From the NCBI GenBank assembly GCA_003246265.1, contig QKAU01000051.1, forward strand, positions 5,288-69,287: 64,000 bases of DNA, given 5' to 3'. Both the position numbers and the translations under genes were made by a program. This document shows positions 18,293-27,293 of the stretch, piece after piece. How positions within the stretch are numbered: position 1 is the first letter of the stretch; every line of letters begins with the position of its first letter. Source of the stretch: Kiritimatiellales bacterium (lineage in GTDB: Bacteria > Verrucomicrobiota > Kiritimatiellia > Kiritimatiellales > Pontiellaceae). The notes beneath the pieces are model-generated. The model saw only the letters and a program-made list of their open reading frames with translations, ran no database searches and was not told where the DNA came from.

Positions 18293-21019
18293 CTAGTTGA
18301 TGTCCGCGGCGACGAGTTGCGGTTCCGCCTCGCCGGCTTCGACGATGTTGTAGCGTCCGGCGTGGCGGGCGAGCAGCTCGCCGTAGCGCTTGGACTTGTT
18401 CCAGTTCTGCACCTTGCTGAAATAGCCCACCACGCGGGTTTCGCCCACGACCTCGGTGGAGCCGCATTCGGGGCAGCGGTCGAGCAGCCCGCGCGTCTGG
18501 TGCAGGCAGTGGTCGCAGAAGGTGAATTCCGGCGAGACGCAGACCTGCGCGGACTGCGTGCGGTAGAACACTTCGGTCATCAGATGCGCGATGGAATCGG
18601 CGTCCGGGCGCTCCTCGCCGATGAAGCAGTGGGTGATGGCGCCCGACTCGATCATGCTGTGGTACTTCGACTGCTCGATGATGCGGTCGACGAGCGAGAC
18701 GTCGGCCTCGGCGGCGAGGTGGATCGAGTTGGTGTAGTACTCGGCGTCGGACGGACCCTTGACGGTGCCCTTCGCCTCTTCGGGGAAGTAGACCAGGTCG
18801 GACTTGGCCAGCCGGCGGGCGGCGGATTCGGCGGGCGACTCCTCGAGGGTGAACTTGAGGTTGTGCTTCTTGGCCAGCTTCTTGGCCTTGGAGTACATGT
18901 GCGCCACGATCCGGAGCCCGAAGCGCTGCGCCTGGCGGGTCTCGTGCAGCTCCTGCCCGATGAGGAACCTGACGGCGTCGTTGACGCCGATCAGCCCTAG
19001 GATGTAGGTGCAGCTTTCGAGGTCGACGTAGGGCTTGCCGTCGTTGGCCAGCTTGCCGATCTGCCAGAGCGGATGGCCGGGGCCGCTGATCATCTCGGCG
19101 ATCCTGGCCTTCTTCTGGAGATGGGCGTCGACCGCCAGCTCCATGGTGCGGTCGATCTCCGCGAAGAAGTTGTTCACCACGTCGCCACCGGTGCGCGCGG
19201 CGCGGTAGGCCGCCTGCGGGATGTTGATGGTGACGTTCTGGAAGCCGCAGAAGCGCATGCTCTCGGGATGCTTGAGCATCCGGCTGTCGGAGATGGTGGT
19301 GCGCAACCGGCAGCAGGCGGAGAGGGTGACTTCGTCGCGGTCGAAGATGAAGTAGGTCGAGCCGTTGCGGCTGGCCAGTTCGCAGGCTTCGCGGAAGATG
19401 GCGAACTGGGCGGGATCCTCGAAGGTCTCGTCGGAGACGTGGAAGTCGCACTTCGGGAATTCGAAGATGCGGCCATGGGCGTCGCCGTCGCCGAAGACCC
19501 GGAGCAGCGCGCGGCAGAAGGACTGGGCCTCGGCCTTGTAGTCGCCGTAGGTGACGATCGCCTCGCCGTTTTCGGCGAGCATGGCGGCCACGTCGGGATC
19601 GTAGATCGTGCCTTCCTTGGGATCGGAGATTTCGCGCAGGACGAGGCGGCGGCCCAGCTCGGGATCGTCGTAGAAGAGATCCATGAGCCGGTATCCGGCG
19701 GCGTCGGTCTCCTTGCGCAGCTCCTCGGCGAGTTCGACGACGGAGCCGTCCCGGAGCCGGAGCTGGTAGTGGCCACCGGGGCCGATGGCCGGCACGGTCT
19801 TCAGGTAGGAGGGGACGCCGGTGTGGATGTTGAAGTCCAGGAAGAGGGTCTGGCCGCCGCGCGAGAAGGCGTTCTGCGATCCGTTGAAGACCAGTTCCTG
19901 CGCCACCTGCTTCAACTCCTTCTCGCCCATGCCGACGAGGAACGGGGCGTAGAGGATGTTGATGTAGGCGATGCCCAGCGCGCCGGCGTAGTTGGCCTGC
20001 ATCGAGGCGAGGAAGGTGTTGAGGTGGCCGGTCAGCACCGAGGCCGAGCGCGCCGGCTTCGAGGCGGTGTTGAGGTTGACCAGCCCCGTCAGGCCGTACT
20101 TCTTGACGTACTCGATGGAGTGCGAGGAGCAGTAGACGCGGGTCGGGTAGCCGAGGTCGTGGAGATGGATCGCCCCGGTGTCGTGCGCGCGCTTCACCTC
20201 CTTGCTGAAGATGGTGTCGAGCGCCCACTGCTTGAGCACCAGCTCGGCGATGCCCAGGTTGACGGCCTCGGGGTTGTTGTTGACGATGTTCGAATTCTCG
20301 GTCGACTTGGTGAACATCAGGTTTTCAAGGTAGTCCTTGGAAACGCGGTAGAGGGAGAGGTCGCGCAGCTGGTGGGAGAAGCCGCGCTCCATCAGCTCAT
20401 TGTTGACCAGTTCGCGGATGAGCGTGGTATTCACCACGCCCAGGTCGCCGGCGATGATGCGGTTCTCGACCGTCTTGGCCACATTGATGGCCACCTCGAT
20501 CGAAAGGTCGGTCTTGTCGAGGATCTGCTTGACGATGCGCTTGCGGTCCCACGGCAGGTTGACGTTGCTCGACGAGGATTCGACCAGCAGGAGGCTGGCG
20601 TCGGTGACGTCGACACGGCCCTTGCCTTCGCCGCCGCGCACGCGGATGTTGCGCCGGGCGATCTCGCGCTGCTTGCGGTAGCGCTTGTAGGAGGCCACGA
20701 CGAGGGTCTCGCCCTGTTCGGCCAGCACGATCTCGACGAGGTCCTGGACATCTTCGATCTTGGGGATGCGCTTGCCGTTGGTGTCGGGGTGGACATAGAA
20801 CTCGCTTTGCGGCGCGTTGAGCTGGTTGAGCACCTGGTCGGTCACCTTCGAAGCCAACCCTTCGTTCTTGGAGACCTGGTGCTTGCGCGCGACTTCGTCG
20901 ACGGCGCGGTCGATGGCCAGTTCGATCTTCTGCCAACTGAACGGAACAACGAGGCCCGAACGCTTCTGGAAGCCGTGGAACAGGACGTTCGCTTGGTTCT
21001 TGTTTCCCGACATGGTCAT
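18293..21019 (-). CDS. nrdD: Anaerobic (class III) ribonucleoside-triphosphate reductase with an N-terminal ATP-cone
   Basis: 908 aa. ATP-cone (GLVVPFSWQKIELAIDRA), C-terminal Zn-ribbon CDHC...CPECG and glycyl-radical motif RVVGYFS. RBS AGGGGGG precedes ATG 21019. Confidence 0.95.
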   Translation of the reverse strand: MTMSGNKNQANVLFHGFQKRSGLVVPFSWQKIELAIDRAVDEVARKHQVSKNEGLASKVTDQVLNQLNAPQSEFYVHPDTNGKRIPKIEDVQDLVEIVLAEQGETLVVASYKRYRKQREIARRNIRVRGGEGKGRVDVTDASLLLVESSSSNVNLPWDRKRIVKQILDKTDLSIEVAINVAKTVENRIIAGDLGVVNTTLIRELVNNELMERGFSHQLRDLSLYRVSKDYLENLMFTKSTENSNIVNNNPEAVNLGIAELVLKQWALDTIFSKEVKRAHDTGAIHLHDLGYPTRVYCSSHSIEYVKKYGLTGLVNLNTASKPARSASVLTGHLNTFLASMQANYAGALGIAYINILYAPFLVGMGEKELKQVAQELVFNGSQNAFSRGGQTLFLDFNIHTGVPSYLKTVPAIGPGGHYQLRLRDGSVVELAEELRKETDAAGYRLMDLFYDDPELGRRLVLREISDPKEGTIYDPDVAAMLAENGEAIVTYGDYKAEAQSFCRALLRVFGDGDAHGRIFEFPKCDFHVSDETFEDPAQFAIFREACELASRNGSTYFIFDRDEVTLSACCRLRTTISDSRMLKHPESMRFCGFQNVTINIPQAAYRAARTGGDVVNNFFAEIDRTMELAVDAHLQKKARIAEMISGPGHPLWQIGKLANDGKPYVDLESCTYILGLIGVNDAVRFLIGQELHETRQAQRFGLRIVAHMYSKAKKLAKKHNLKFTLEESPAESAARRLAKSDLVYFPEEAKGTVKGPSDAEYYTNSIHLAAEADVSLVDRIIEQSKYHSMIESGAITHCFIGEERPDADSIAHLMTEVFYRTQSAQVCVSPEFTFCDHCLHQTRGLLDRCPECGSTEVVGETRVVGYFSKVQNWNKSKRYGELLARHAGRYNIVEAGEAEPQLVAADIN

Positions 21020-21106
21020 ACCCCCCTGGTAGTCAACGGTTTGCTGGTCAAGGCCGCGATTTCCGACCTTTAACAGTCGAACACGCTATTCAATGCAATG
21101 TGGTTG

Positions 21107-21135
21107 TGTCAAGTTGCCGACACAATATATTGTGG
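21107..21135 (-). promoter_or_regulatory. NrdR box adjacent to the nrdD -35 element
   Basis: The 16-mer ACACAATATATTGTGG (21120-21135) matches the NrdR consensus acaCwAtATaTwGtgt at 15/16 positions. On the nrdD strand it is followed 7 nt later by a perfect TTGACA (21107-21112). The -10 is weak (TAGCGT). Confidence 0.6.
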
Positions 21136-21287
21136 TTTTTGTTGAAAAAAGCCGTTTTGCGGGGACTTTTTCGCGCGGGCCGTTCCGCCGGGCCGGGCGG
21201 GGGGATTTTTCCGGGGATGTGGCTTTGAAATTGCTAGGTAGGGTAGCATATTCCGGGGGGTCGGGACCAAGGAGAGAAAGGGTTGCA

Positions 21288-21857
21288 ATGATACCGAATT
21301 GGCTCAGCTTGCTGGATGTGGCTTTCGTGCTGGTGGCGCTGCTCTTCGCCTGGGGGGGATTCCAGAAGGGATTTGCCGGGCAGGTGGCGCATGTCGTGAC
21401 CTTCCTCGGCATGGGCGCGGTGCTCTACTTCGCCTACCCGGCCATCTTCCGCTATCTGGGCCGCCTCTTCCGCAACGTGGAGGAGACCTACCTGATGTGG
21501 CTGATCCTGCTCGGGGTGCTGGCGATGGGGGTCGGAATGTTCATCCTCTGCAGCAAGCTGCTCGCGCGCACCCTGAAGACCCATATCTCGGAGCAGTCCG
21601 ACCACGCCTACGGCTTCATCCTCGGCTTGGTCCGCGGGACGCTCGTGGCCCTCTTCGCCATGGTCTTCATGGTCATGCTCGATGCCTCCGGCAAGGCCTA
21701 CGACACCTTCCGCACGAAATCCCGCGTGGGGCGCGTCGTCTGCTACAAGCTCGTCCCCCATATCCAGCCCCACCTCACCCGGGCCGTCCTCGAGGAAAAG
21801 GCGCGCGCCCTGCGCGACAAGCTGCTCGAGCAGGAGGATGCCGGGGTGCTGGAGTAG
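21288..21857 (+). CDS. cvpA: CvpA-family membrane protein
   Basis: MIPNWLSLLDVAFVLVALLFAWGGFQKGF is a typical CvpA N-terminus, with 4 hydrophobic helices. ATG 21288 follows AAGGAGAG. The upstream part of listed ORF 21093.. is discarded. Confidence 0.75.
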   Translation: MIPNWLSLLDVAFVLVALLFAWGGFQKGFAGQVAHVVTFLGMGAVLYFAYPAIFRYLGRLFRNVEETYLMWLILLGVLAMGVGMFILCSKLLARTLKTHISEQSDHAYGFILGLVRGTLVALFAMVFMVMLDASGKAYDTFRTKSRVGRVVCYKLVPHIQPHLTRAVLEEKARALRDKLLEQEDAGVLE

Positions 21858-21906
21858 CGCTGGGCATCCCGGCCCAGGCCGGGGTTCATGGCCCCTGTGT
21901 CCGCCC

Positions 21907-22206
21907 TCAGGCCTGGCCTTCCGGATCGCCCGCCCCTTCCCTCAGCCGGATGATCTTAAGGAAGAAGAGCTGCGTGTCGTACTTGGTCATCACCACCAGC
22001 GAAAGGGTGGCGAGGAAGAGCGACAGCACGCTCAGCAGCATGCGCCCCAAGAAGCCGGCAACGAAGATGCAGGCGATCCCGACCAGGAACAGGGCCAGGT
22101 AGACGTTCCGCCGGAACCGGGCCGCCCTGAGCAGGCGGCCGTTCGTCGCCGGCTCGAACGCCTCGTCGAGGAAGCGCGGATTGTTCAATTCCTGCAATCC
22201 CAGCAT
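21907..22206 (-). CDS. Hypothetical small membrane protein (2 TM)
   Basis: VYLALFLVGIACIFVAGFLGRMLLSVLSLFLATLSLVVM. The start is uncertain (ATG 22206, 22236 or 22269). No recognisable family. Confidence 0.35.
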   Translation of the reverse strand: MLGLQELNNPRFLDEAFEPATNGRLLRAARFRRNVYLALFLVGIACIFVAGFLGRMLLSVLSLFLATLSLVVMTKYDTQLFFLKIIRLREGAGDPEGQA

Positions 22207-22293
22207 GCCCGGACCTCCATGATCGTCGCGTCCCATGATAGTGCCTCCGGCCCCGATCGGCAATCGCACGGCGCAAAATTCTGCCTCGCGGGA

Positions 22294-22322
22294 TTGTGGC
22301 CCGCCGGGGGGGCGGCTATATC
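22294..22322 (+). promoter_or_regulatory. Possible promoter upstream of dnaG
   Basis: TTGTGG-17 nt-TATATC, ending 6 nt before ATG 22329. This would give a very short leader. Confidence 0.3.
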
Positions 22323-22328
22323 TTGGGC

Positions 22329-24152
22329 ATGGCCATGATTCCCAAGGAGACGATCGAGGAGATCCGCGCCCGCTGCGGCATCGTCGAGGTGATCGGCTCC
22401 TACCTTCCGCAGCTTCGCCGCCGGGGATCGACCTACAAGTGCAACTGCCCCTTCCACCAGGAGAAGACCCCTTCGTTCACCGTCAACGACGCCCGCCAGA
22501 TCTTCCACTGTTTCGGCTGCGGCGCCGGGGGCGACGTCTTCCGCTTCGTGATGGACTACGAGAAGGTAGACTTCGTGACGGCCGTGACGATCCTGGCCGG
22601 GCGCGCAGGCGTCGAGGTCGTCTACGAAGGCGGCGAAGCGGAGCGCGGCGGAAGCAAGGATGTGCTCTACAAGCTGCACGCCGAGGCCGCCGCCTTCTAC
22701 CACCGCATGCTGCTCGAGGGCCCCGAGGCCGCCGAGGCCCGCCGCTACCTCGAGGAGCGCGAACTGCCGCCCGACGTCGTGAAGGCGTTCCAGATCGGCT
22801 ACGCCCCCAACGAGTGGGACGGCCTCCTCAAGCGGGCGGCCAGGAAGGGGTACGACGCCGGACAGCTCGAGGCCGCCGGCCTCGTGGTTCCTTCCGACCG
22901 CGGCGGGGCCTCCGGCCACTACGACCGCTTCCGCAACCGCATCATGTTCCCCATCTGCGACCCCATGGGGCGCGTCATCGGGTTCAGCGGACGCATCATG
23001 AACGCCGCGGAGAAGTCGGCCAAATACGTCAACAGCCCCGAAACCCTGCTCTTTAAAAAAAGCCAGGTCCTGTACGCCTTCGACAAGGCGCGCAAGGCGA
23101 TCGTCGATACCCGCCAGGCGGTCGTCGTCGAGGGCCAGATCGATGCCATCCGCTGCCACCAGGCTGGACTGGCCAACGTGGTCGCCTCGCAGGGGACGGC
23201 GCTGACCGACAACCATGCGAAGCTCCTCAAGCGCCATGCCGACGAGGTGGTTCTGGTGCTCGACGCCGACGCCGCCGGCATCAAGGCCGCCCTGGCCGCC
23301 TCGGAGATCTTCGTGGCCGCCGAGCTCAGCGTGCGCGTGGCCGCCCTGCCGGAGAAGGAGGACCCCGATTCGCTGGTCCTCCGCCAGGGTCCCGAGGCGA
23401 TCCGGCGGCTGGTGGACGAAGCGCCATCGGCCCTGGATTTCCTCATCGACGCCTTCCAGCGGCAGGAGGACACGGCCACCGAGGCAGGCCGCATGCGGGT
23501 GGTGCAGGCCGTCCTCAACCTGATCGCCCAATGCCCCTCCGCAGCGCGGCGAGAACCGATGCTGCACCGCGCCGCCGACCGGCTGAACCTTTCGCCGCTG
23601 GCGCTCAGCCAGGATCTGCGCCGCGCCCAGGCCCGCAGCCGTCCGGCCCCGCCGCCGGAGGCGAAACCGCCCAGTACGGCCCCGAAGAACGCCCCCCGCG
23701 AGGAGGCCGCCCTGCTCGAACTGCTGGTGCACTACTACCCGGAGGTGCACCCGCTGGTCCACGACTTCCTGCCGCCCGACTATCTCTCCGACCCCGTCTG
23801 CCGGCAACTGGTCGAAACCCTCATGCTCGATCCCCCCGAGACGCTCAACGAGCATTTCCACGACATGTCCGAGGAGGTGCAGCGCGTCGCCAGCCGGGTC
23901 CAGGTCGGGGAATCGCGGGCCATCGATGCCGAGAACAGCGCGCCGGAGCTGGCCCAGCGCTACATCCTCCACTTCTGGAAACGCCACCTCGAAGCGGAGC
24001 AGGCCGCCTTGGCGCGCCGCGCCGATATGACGAATGAGGAGCGGTTCCGCGAGACCTCCCGCATCCGGCACGACCTCCACGCGCTGGCCAAGGGGTGGGG
24101 GCACGCCCTGCCGATGCTCGAAACGCGCTTGCACCGGGACGTCGATTTCTGA
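22329..24152 (+). CDS. dnaG: DNA primase
   Basis: Zn-finger CNCPFHQEKTPSFTV...FHCFGCGAGGDVFRFVM and TOPRIM (VVVEGQIDAI...VLVLDADAAG). The start is ATG 22329 or 22335. Confidence 0.95.
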   Translation: MAMIPKETIEEIRARCGIVEVIGSYLPQLRRRGSTYKCNCPFHQEKTPSFTVNDARQIFHCFGCGAGGDVFRFVMDYEKVDFVTAVTILAGRAGVEVVYEGGEAERGGSKDVLYKLHAEAAAFYHRMLLEGPEAAEARRYLEERELPPDVVKAFQIGYAPNEWDGLLKRAARKGYDAGQLEAAGLVVPSDRGGASGHYDRFRNRIMFPICDPMGRVIGFSGRIMNAAEKSAKYVNSPETLLFKKSQVLYAFDKARKAIVDTRQAVVVEGQIDAIRCHQAGLANVVASQGTALTDNHAKLLKRHADEVVLVLDADAAGIKAALAASEIFVAAELSVRVAALPEKEDPDSLVLRQGPEAIRRLVDEAPSALDFLIDAFQRQEDTATEAGRMRVVQAVLNLIAQCPSAARREPMLHRAADRLNLSPLALSQDLRRAQARSRPAPPPEAKPPSTAPKNAPREEAALLELLVHYYPEVHPLVHDFLPPDYLSDPVCRQLVETLMLDPPETLNEHFHDMSEEVQRVASRVQVGESRAIDAENSAPELAQRYILHFWKRHLEAEQAALARRADMTNEERFRETSRIRHDLHALAKGWGHALPMLETRLHRDVDF

Positions 24153-24199
24153 CGCCGCCGCCAGCGGGCCAGGCCCCTGCTTTCCCGCCCAATACGCCA

Positions 24200-24228
24200 T
24201 TGCAACGCCCGGGGGTTCCCAGTATAAA
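24200..24228 (+). promoter_or_regulatory. Sigma70-like promoter of alaS
   Basis: TTGCAA-17 nt-TATAAA, 33 nt upstream of ATG 24261. Confidence 0.5.
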
Positions 24229-24260
24229 ACCCGCCTGTTTTTTCAGGAAAGAAGGCCGCG

Positions 24261-27242
24261 ATGATGACATCCAAGGAAATCCGCCAATCGTTTCTCGACT
24301 TTTTCGCCTCGAAACAGCACGCGATCGTCAAGTCGGGCAGCCTGCTGCCCGACGCGCCGAACCTGCTCTTCACCAACGCGGGCATGAACCAGTTCGTTCC
24401 GATCTTCCTCGGCCAGGCCAACTGCCCCTACAAGCCGGGCCGCGCTGCCGACACCCAGAAGTGCATCCGCGCCGGCGGCAAGCACAACGACCTCGAGGAT
24501 GTCGGGGCCGACACCTACCACCACACCTTCTTCGAAATGCTCGGAAACTGGTCCTTTGGCGACTACTTCAAGCGGGAGGCCATCGACTGGGCCTGGGAAC
24601 TGCTCGTCAAGTCCTGGGGCTTCCCGCCCGAACGCCTTTACGCCACCTACTTCGGCGGCGACGAAAAGTCCGAAGCCGATATCGAAGCCAAGGCCCTGTG
24701 GGGAAAATACCTGCCCGCCGACCACATCGTTCCCGGCAACCGCAAGGACAACTTCTGGATGATGGGCGACACCGGCCCCTGCGGCCCCTGCTCCGAACTC
24801 CACGTCGACCTCACCCCGAACGGCGACGGCGGCGCCGCGCTCGTCAACGCCGGCCGCGCCGACTGCATCGAGATCTGGAACCTCGTCTTCATCCAGTTCA
24901 ACGCCAACCCCGACGGCTCCTTCAGCCCGCTTCCCGCCAAGCACGTCGACACCGGCATGGGCTTCGAGCGGGCCTGCTCCATCATCCAGTGCACGAAGGA
25001 TTTCACCGACTTCTCCGGGGTCATCTCCAACTACGAAACCGACGTCTTCACCCCCATCTTCAAGGCCCTCGAGGCCATGAGCGGCAAAACGTACGGCAGT
25101 TCCATGACCGATCCGGCGGATGTCGCCTTCCGCGTCATCGCCGACCATATCCGCTGCCTTTCCTTCGCCATTGCCGACGGCATCATCCCCTCCAACGAGG
25201 GGCGCGGCTACGTGCTGCGGCGCATCCTGCGCCGCGCCGTCCGCGTCGGCCGCACCCTCGGGTTCAGGGAGCCCTTCTTCTACCAGCTCGCCGATACCGT
25301 CGCCGACCATTTCGGCGACGCCTTCCCCGAGGTGCGCGCCAACCGCGAGCGCGTCAGGAAGACCCTCAAGGCCGAGGAGGATTCCTTCAACCGCACCCTC
25401 GACGACGGCCTCCGCCTGTTCGACCAGATCGTCGAGATCAAGCAGCGCGTCCCGGCGCAGATGGCCGACATCGAAAACCGCTTCGAGCTGCTCGACGCGG
25501 CACGCTGCACCGGCCGGGAAAACCTGGAGGAAGCCGCCATCGGCGGGCTGTGCGATGCCGCCAGCCTCTGGCTCCAGGGCGTCGAGGGGCTGGATCGCGG
25601 ACTCTTTGCACGCGTCATGACGCGCGGGGATATCCAGCAGCTCATCGCCACGTCCCAGGCTCTGGTCGAGGTCGTGCGCAAGTCCGGCCATGCCATCGAC
25701 GAGCTTCGTACCAAGGCGGCCGCGTTCCGCGATGCGTTTTTTGAAAGCGCCGCCGTTGCCCGCACGCTCGTCGGAAAGATCAACGGCGAGGCCGCCTTCC
25801 TGCTCTACGACACCTACGGCTTCCCGCTCGACCTTACCGAGGTGATGGCCCGCGAGCGCGGAATGTCAGTCGATGTCGAGCGCTTCGAGGCCTTGATGGA
25901 GGAGCAGCGCAACCGCGCCCGGGCCGACCACAAGAGCAAGAAGTCGGTCGTCCTGGCCGAAGGGGGGGCGATCCAGGCCGAACCGACCGTGTTCCTCGGC
26001 TATGAGACGACGCGGTGCGAAACGGAGGTGGCGGACGTGCCGGAGCCCGGCGTGCTCGTCCTCAGGCAGACCCCGTTCTATCCCGAATCCGGCGGGCAGC
26101 TCGGCGACAAGGGGACCATCCGGGGCGAGCGGTTCGAGTTCGAGGTCGAAGACACCCAGAAGACGCCCGAGGGCGTCATCCTGCACACCGGCCGCCTCCT
26201 CTCCGGCGAAGCCCGGCCGGGCGATCCCGCCGCGGCGGCCGTCGACCGCTACCGCCGCGGGCAGGTGCGCCGCAACCATACCGCCACCCATCTGCTCAAC
26301 CAGGCGCTGCGCCAGGTGGTCGATCCCGGCATCAAGCAGGCCGGCTCGATGGTGGCGGCCGACCGCCTGCGGTTCGACTTCAACCATTTCGAGGCCGTCA
26401 AGCCCGACCAGCTCCGCCGGATCGAGCAGGTGGTCAACCACGAGATCATGCGCAACACGCCGCTCGCAACCACCGAAATGGCGCTGGCCGACGTCCAGAA
26501 GGCGGGCGACATCCAGGCGGTCTTCGACGACAAGTACGGCGAAACCGTCCGTGTCGTCTCCATCGGCGATTTCAGCAGGGAGCTGTGCGGCGGCACCCAC
26601 GTGAAGGCGACCGGCGACATCGGCCCGTTCCGCATCGTCGCCGAATCCTCGGTCGCCGCCGGCATCCGCCGCATCGAGGCGGTCACCGGCATGGAGGCGC
26701 TGGCCTGGACCGCCGAGGAGCACGACCTGCTGGCCGGCCTCAGCCAGAGCCTGAGCGTCAAGCCCGCCGACCTGCCCGGCCGCATCAAGGCGCTGGCCGA
26801 GCAGGTCAAGGCCTCGGAAAAGCAGCTCAAGGAGGTGCGCATGAAGGCCGCCGTCCACGGCATCGAGGCGCTGCTCCAGAAGGTGGAAACCCTTTCGTTG
26901 ACCGACAAGGTCGACAACATGCCGCTACTGGCCGCCACCGCCGGCGAGGTGCCGATGGACGCCCTGCGCGAACTGATGGACCGCCTGCGCCAGAAGCTTG
27001 AAAGCGGCGTGATCGTGCTGGGGAGCCATGCCGAAGGCAAGGCCTGCTTCATCTGTTCGGTCAGTCCCGACCTCGTCGCCGAAGGGATCCACGCCGGCAA
27101 GCTGATCGGCGCCGTCGCCAAGCTCGCCGACGGAGGAGGGGGTGGCAAGCCCGACAAGGCCCAGGCCGGCGGCAAGGACGGCTCCAAGGTGGCCGAGGCC
27201 ATCCAGGCCGTGCCCGGCCTGCTCCGCGCGATGCACGGCTGA
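24261..27242 (+). CDS. alaS: Alanine--tRNA ligase (993 aa, with a lineage-specific insertion)
   Basis: FLDFFASKQH..., FTNAGMNQF, HHTFFEMLGNWSFGDYFK, editing-domain HTATHLL and CGGTHV, and a C-terminal DHHA1-like GGGGKPD. Confidence 0.95.
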   Translation: MMTSKEIRQSFLDFFASKQHAIVKSGSLLPDAPNLLFTNAGMNQFVPIFLGQANCPYKPGRAADTQKCIRAGGKHNDLEDVGADTYHHTFFEMLGNWSFGDYFKREAIDWAWELLVKSWGFPPERLYATYFGGDEKSEADIEAKALWGKYLPADHIVPGNRKDNFWMMGDTGPCGPCSELHVDLTPNGDGGAALVNAGRADCIEIWNLVFIQFNANPDGSFSPLPAKHVDTGMGFERACSIIQCTKDFTDFSGVISNYETDVFTPIFKALEAMSGKTYGSSMTDPADVAFRVIADHIRCLSFAIADGIIPSNEGRGYVLRRILRRAVRVGRTLGFREPFFYQLADTVADHFGDAFPEVRANRERVRKTLKAEEDSFNRTLDDGLRLFDQIVEIKQRVPAQMADIENRFELLDAARCTGRENLEEAAIGGLCDAASLWLQGVEGLDRGLFARVMTRGDIQQLIATSQALVEVVRKSGHAIDELRTKAAAFRDAFFESAAVARTLVGKINGEAAFLLYDTYGFPLDLTEVMARERGMSVDVERFEALMEEQRNRARADHKSKKSVVLAEGGAIQAEPTVFLGYETTRCETEVADVPEPGVLVLRQTPFYPESGGQLGDKGTIRGERFEFEVEDTQKTPEGVILHTGRLLSGEARPGDPAAAAVDRYRRGQVRRNHTATHLLNQALRQVVDPGIKQAGSMVAADRLRFDFNHFEAVKPDQLRRIEQVVNHEIMRNTPLATTEMALADVQKAGDIQAVFDDKYGETVRVVSIGDFSRELCGGTHVKATGDIGPFRIVAESSVAAGIRRIEAVTGMEALAWTAEEHDLLAGLSQSLSVKPADLPGRIKALAEQVKASEKQLKEVRMKAAVHGIEALLQKVETLSLTDKVDNMPLLAATAGEVPMDALRELMDRLRQKLESGVIVLGSHAEGKACFICSVSPDLVAEGIHAGKLIGAVAKLADGGGGGKPDKAQAGGKDGSKVAEAIQAVPGLLRAMHG

Positions 27243-27265
27243 TCCGGCCGGATTGGGCAAGGATG

Positions 27266-27293
27266 AAGCCGAAGCGAAGGGTTGCTTCGGCTT
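27266..27293. terminator. Perfect 10-bp stem / 8-nt loop hairpin after alaS (bidirectional position)
   Basis: AAGCCGAAGC-GAAGGGTT-GCTTCGGCTT, 24 nt after the alaS stop. The U-tract is weak. The stop codon of minus-strand ORF 27292..27996 lies inside the right arm. Confidence 0.5.

Noticed and set aside
21081-21104. Second NrdR box expected about 31 bp from the strong box
   Set aside because: Candidate segments (ACACGCTATTCAATGC, TTCAATGCAATGTGGT) match the consensus poorly and are not palindromic. Only one box is called.
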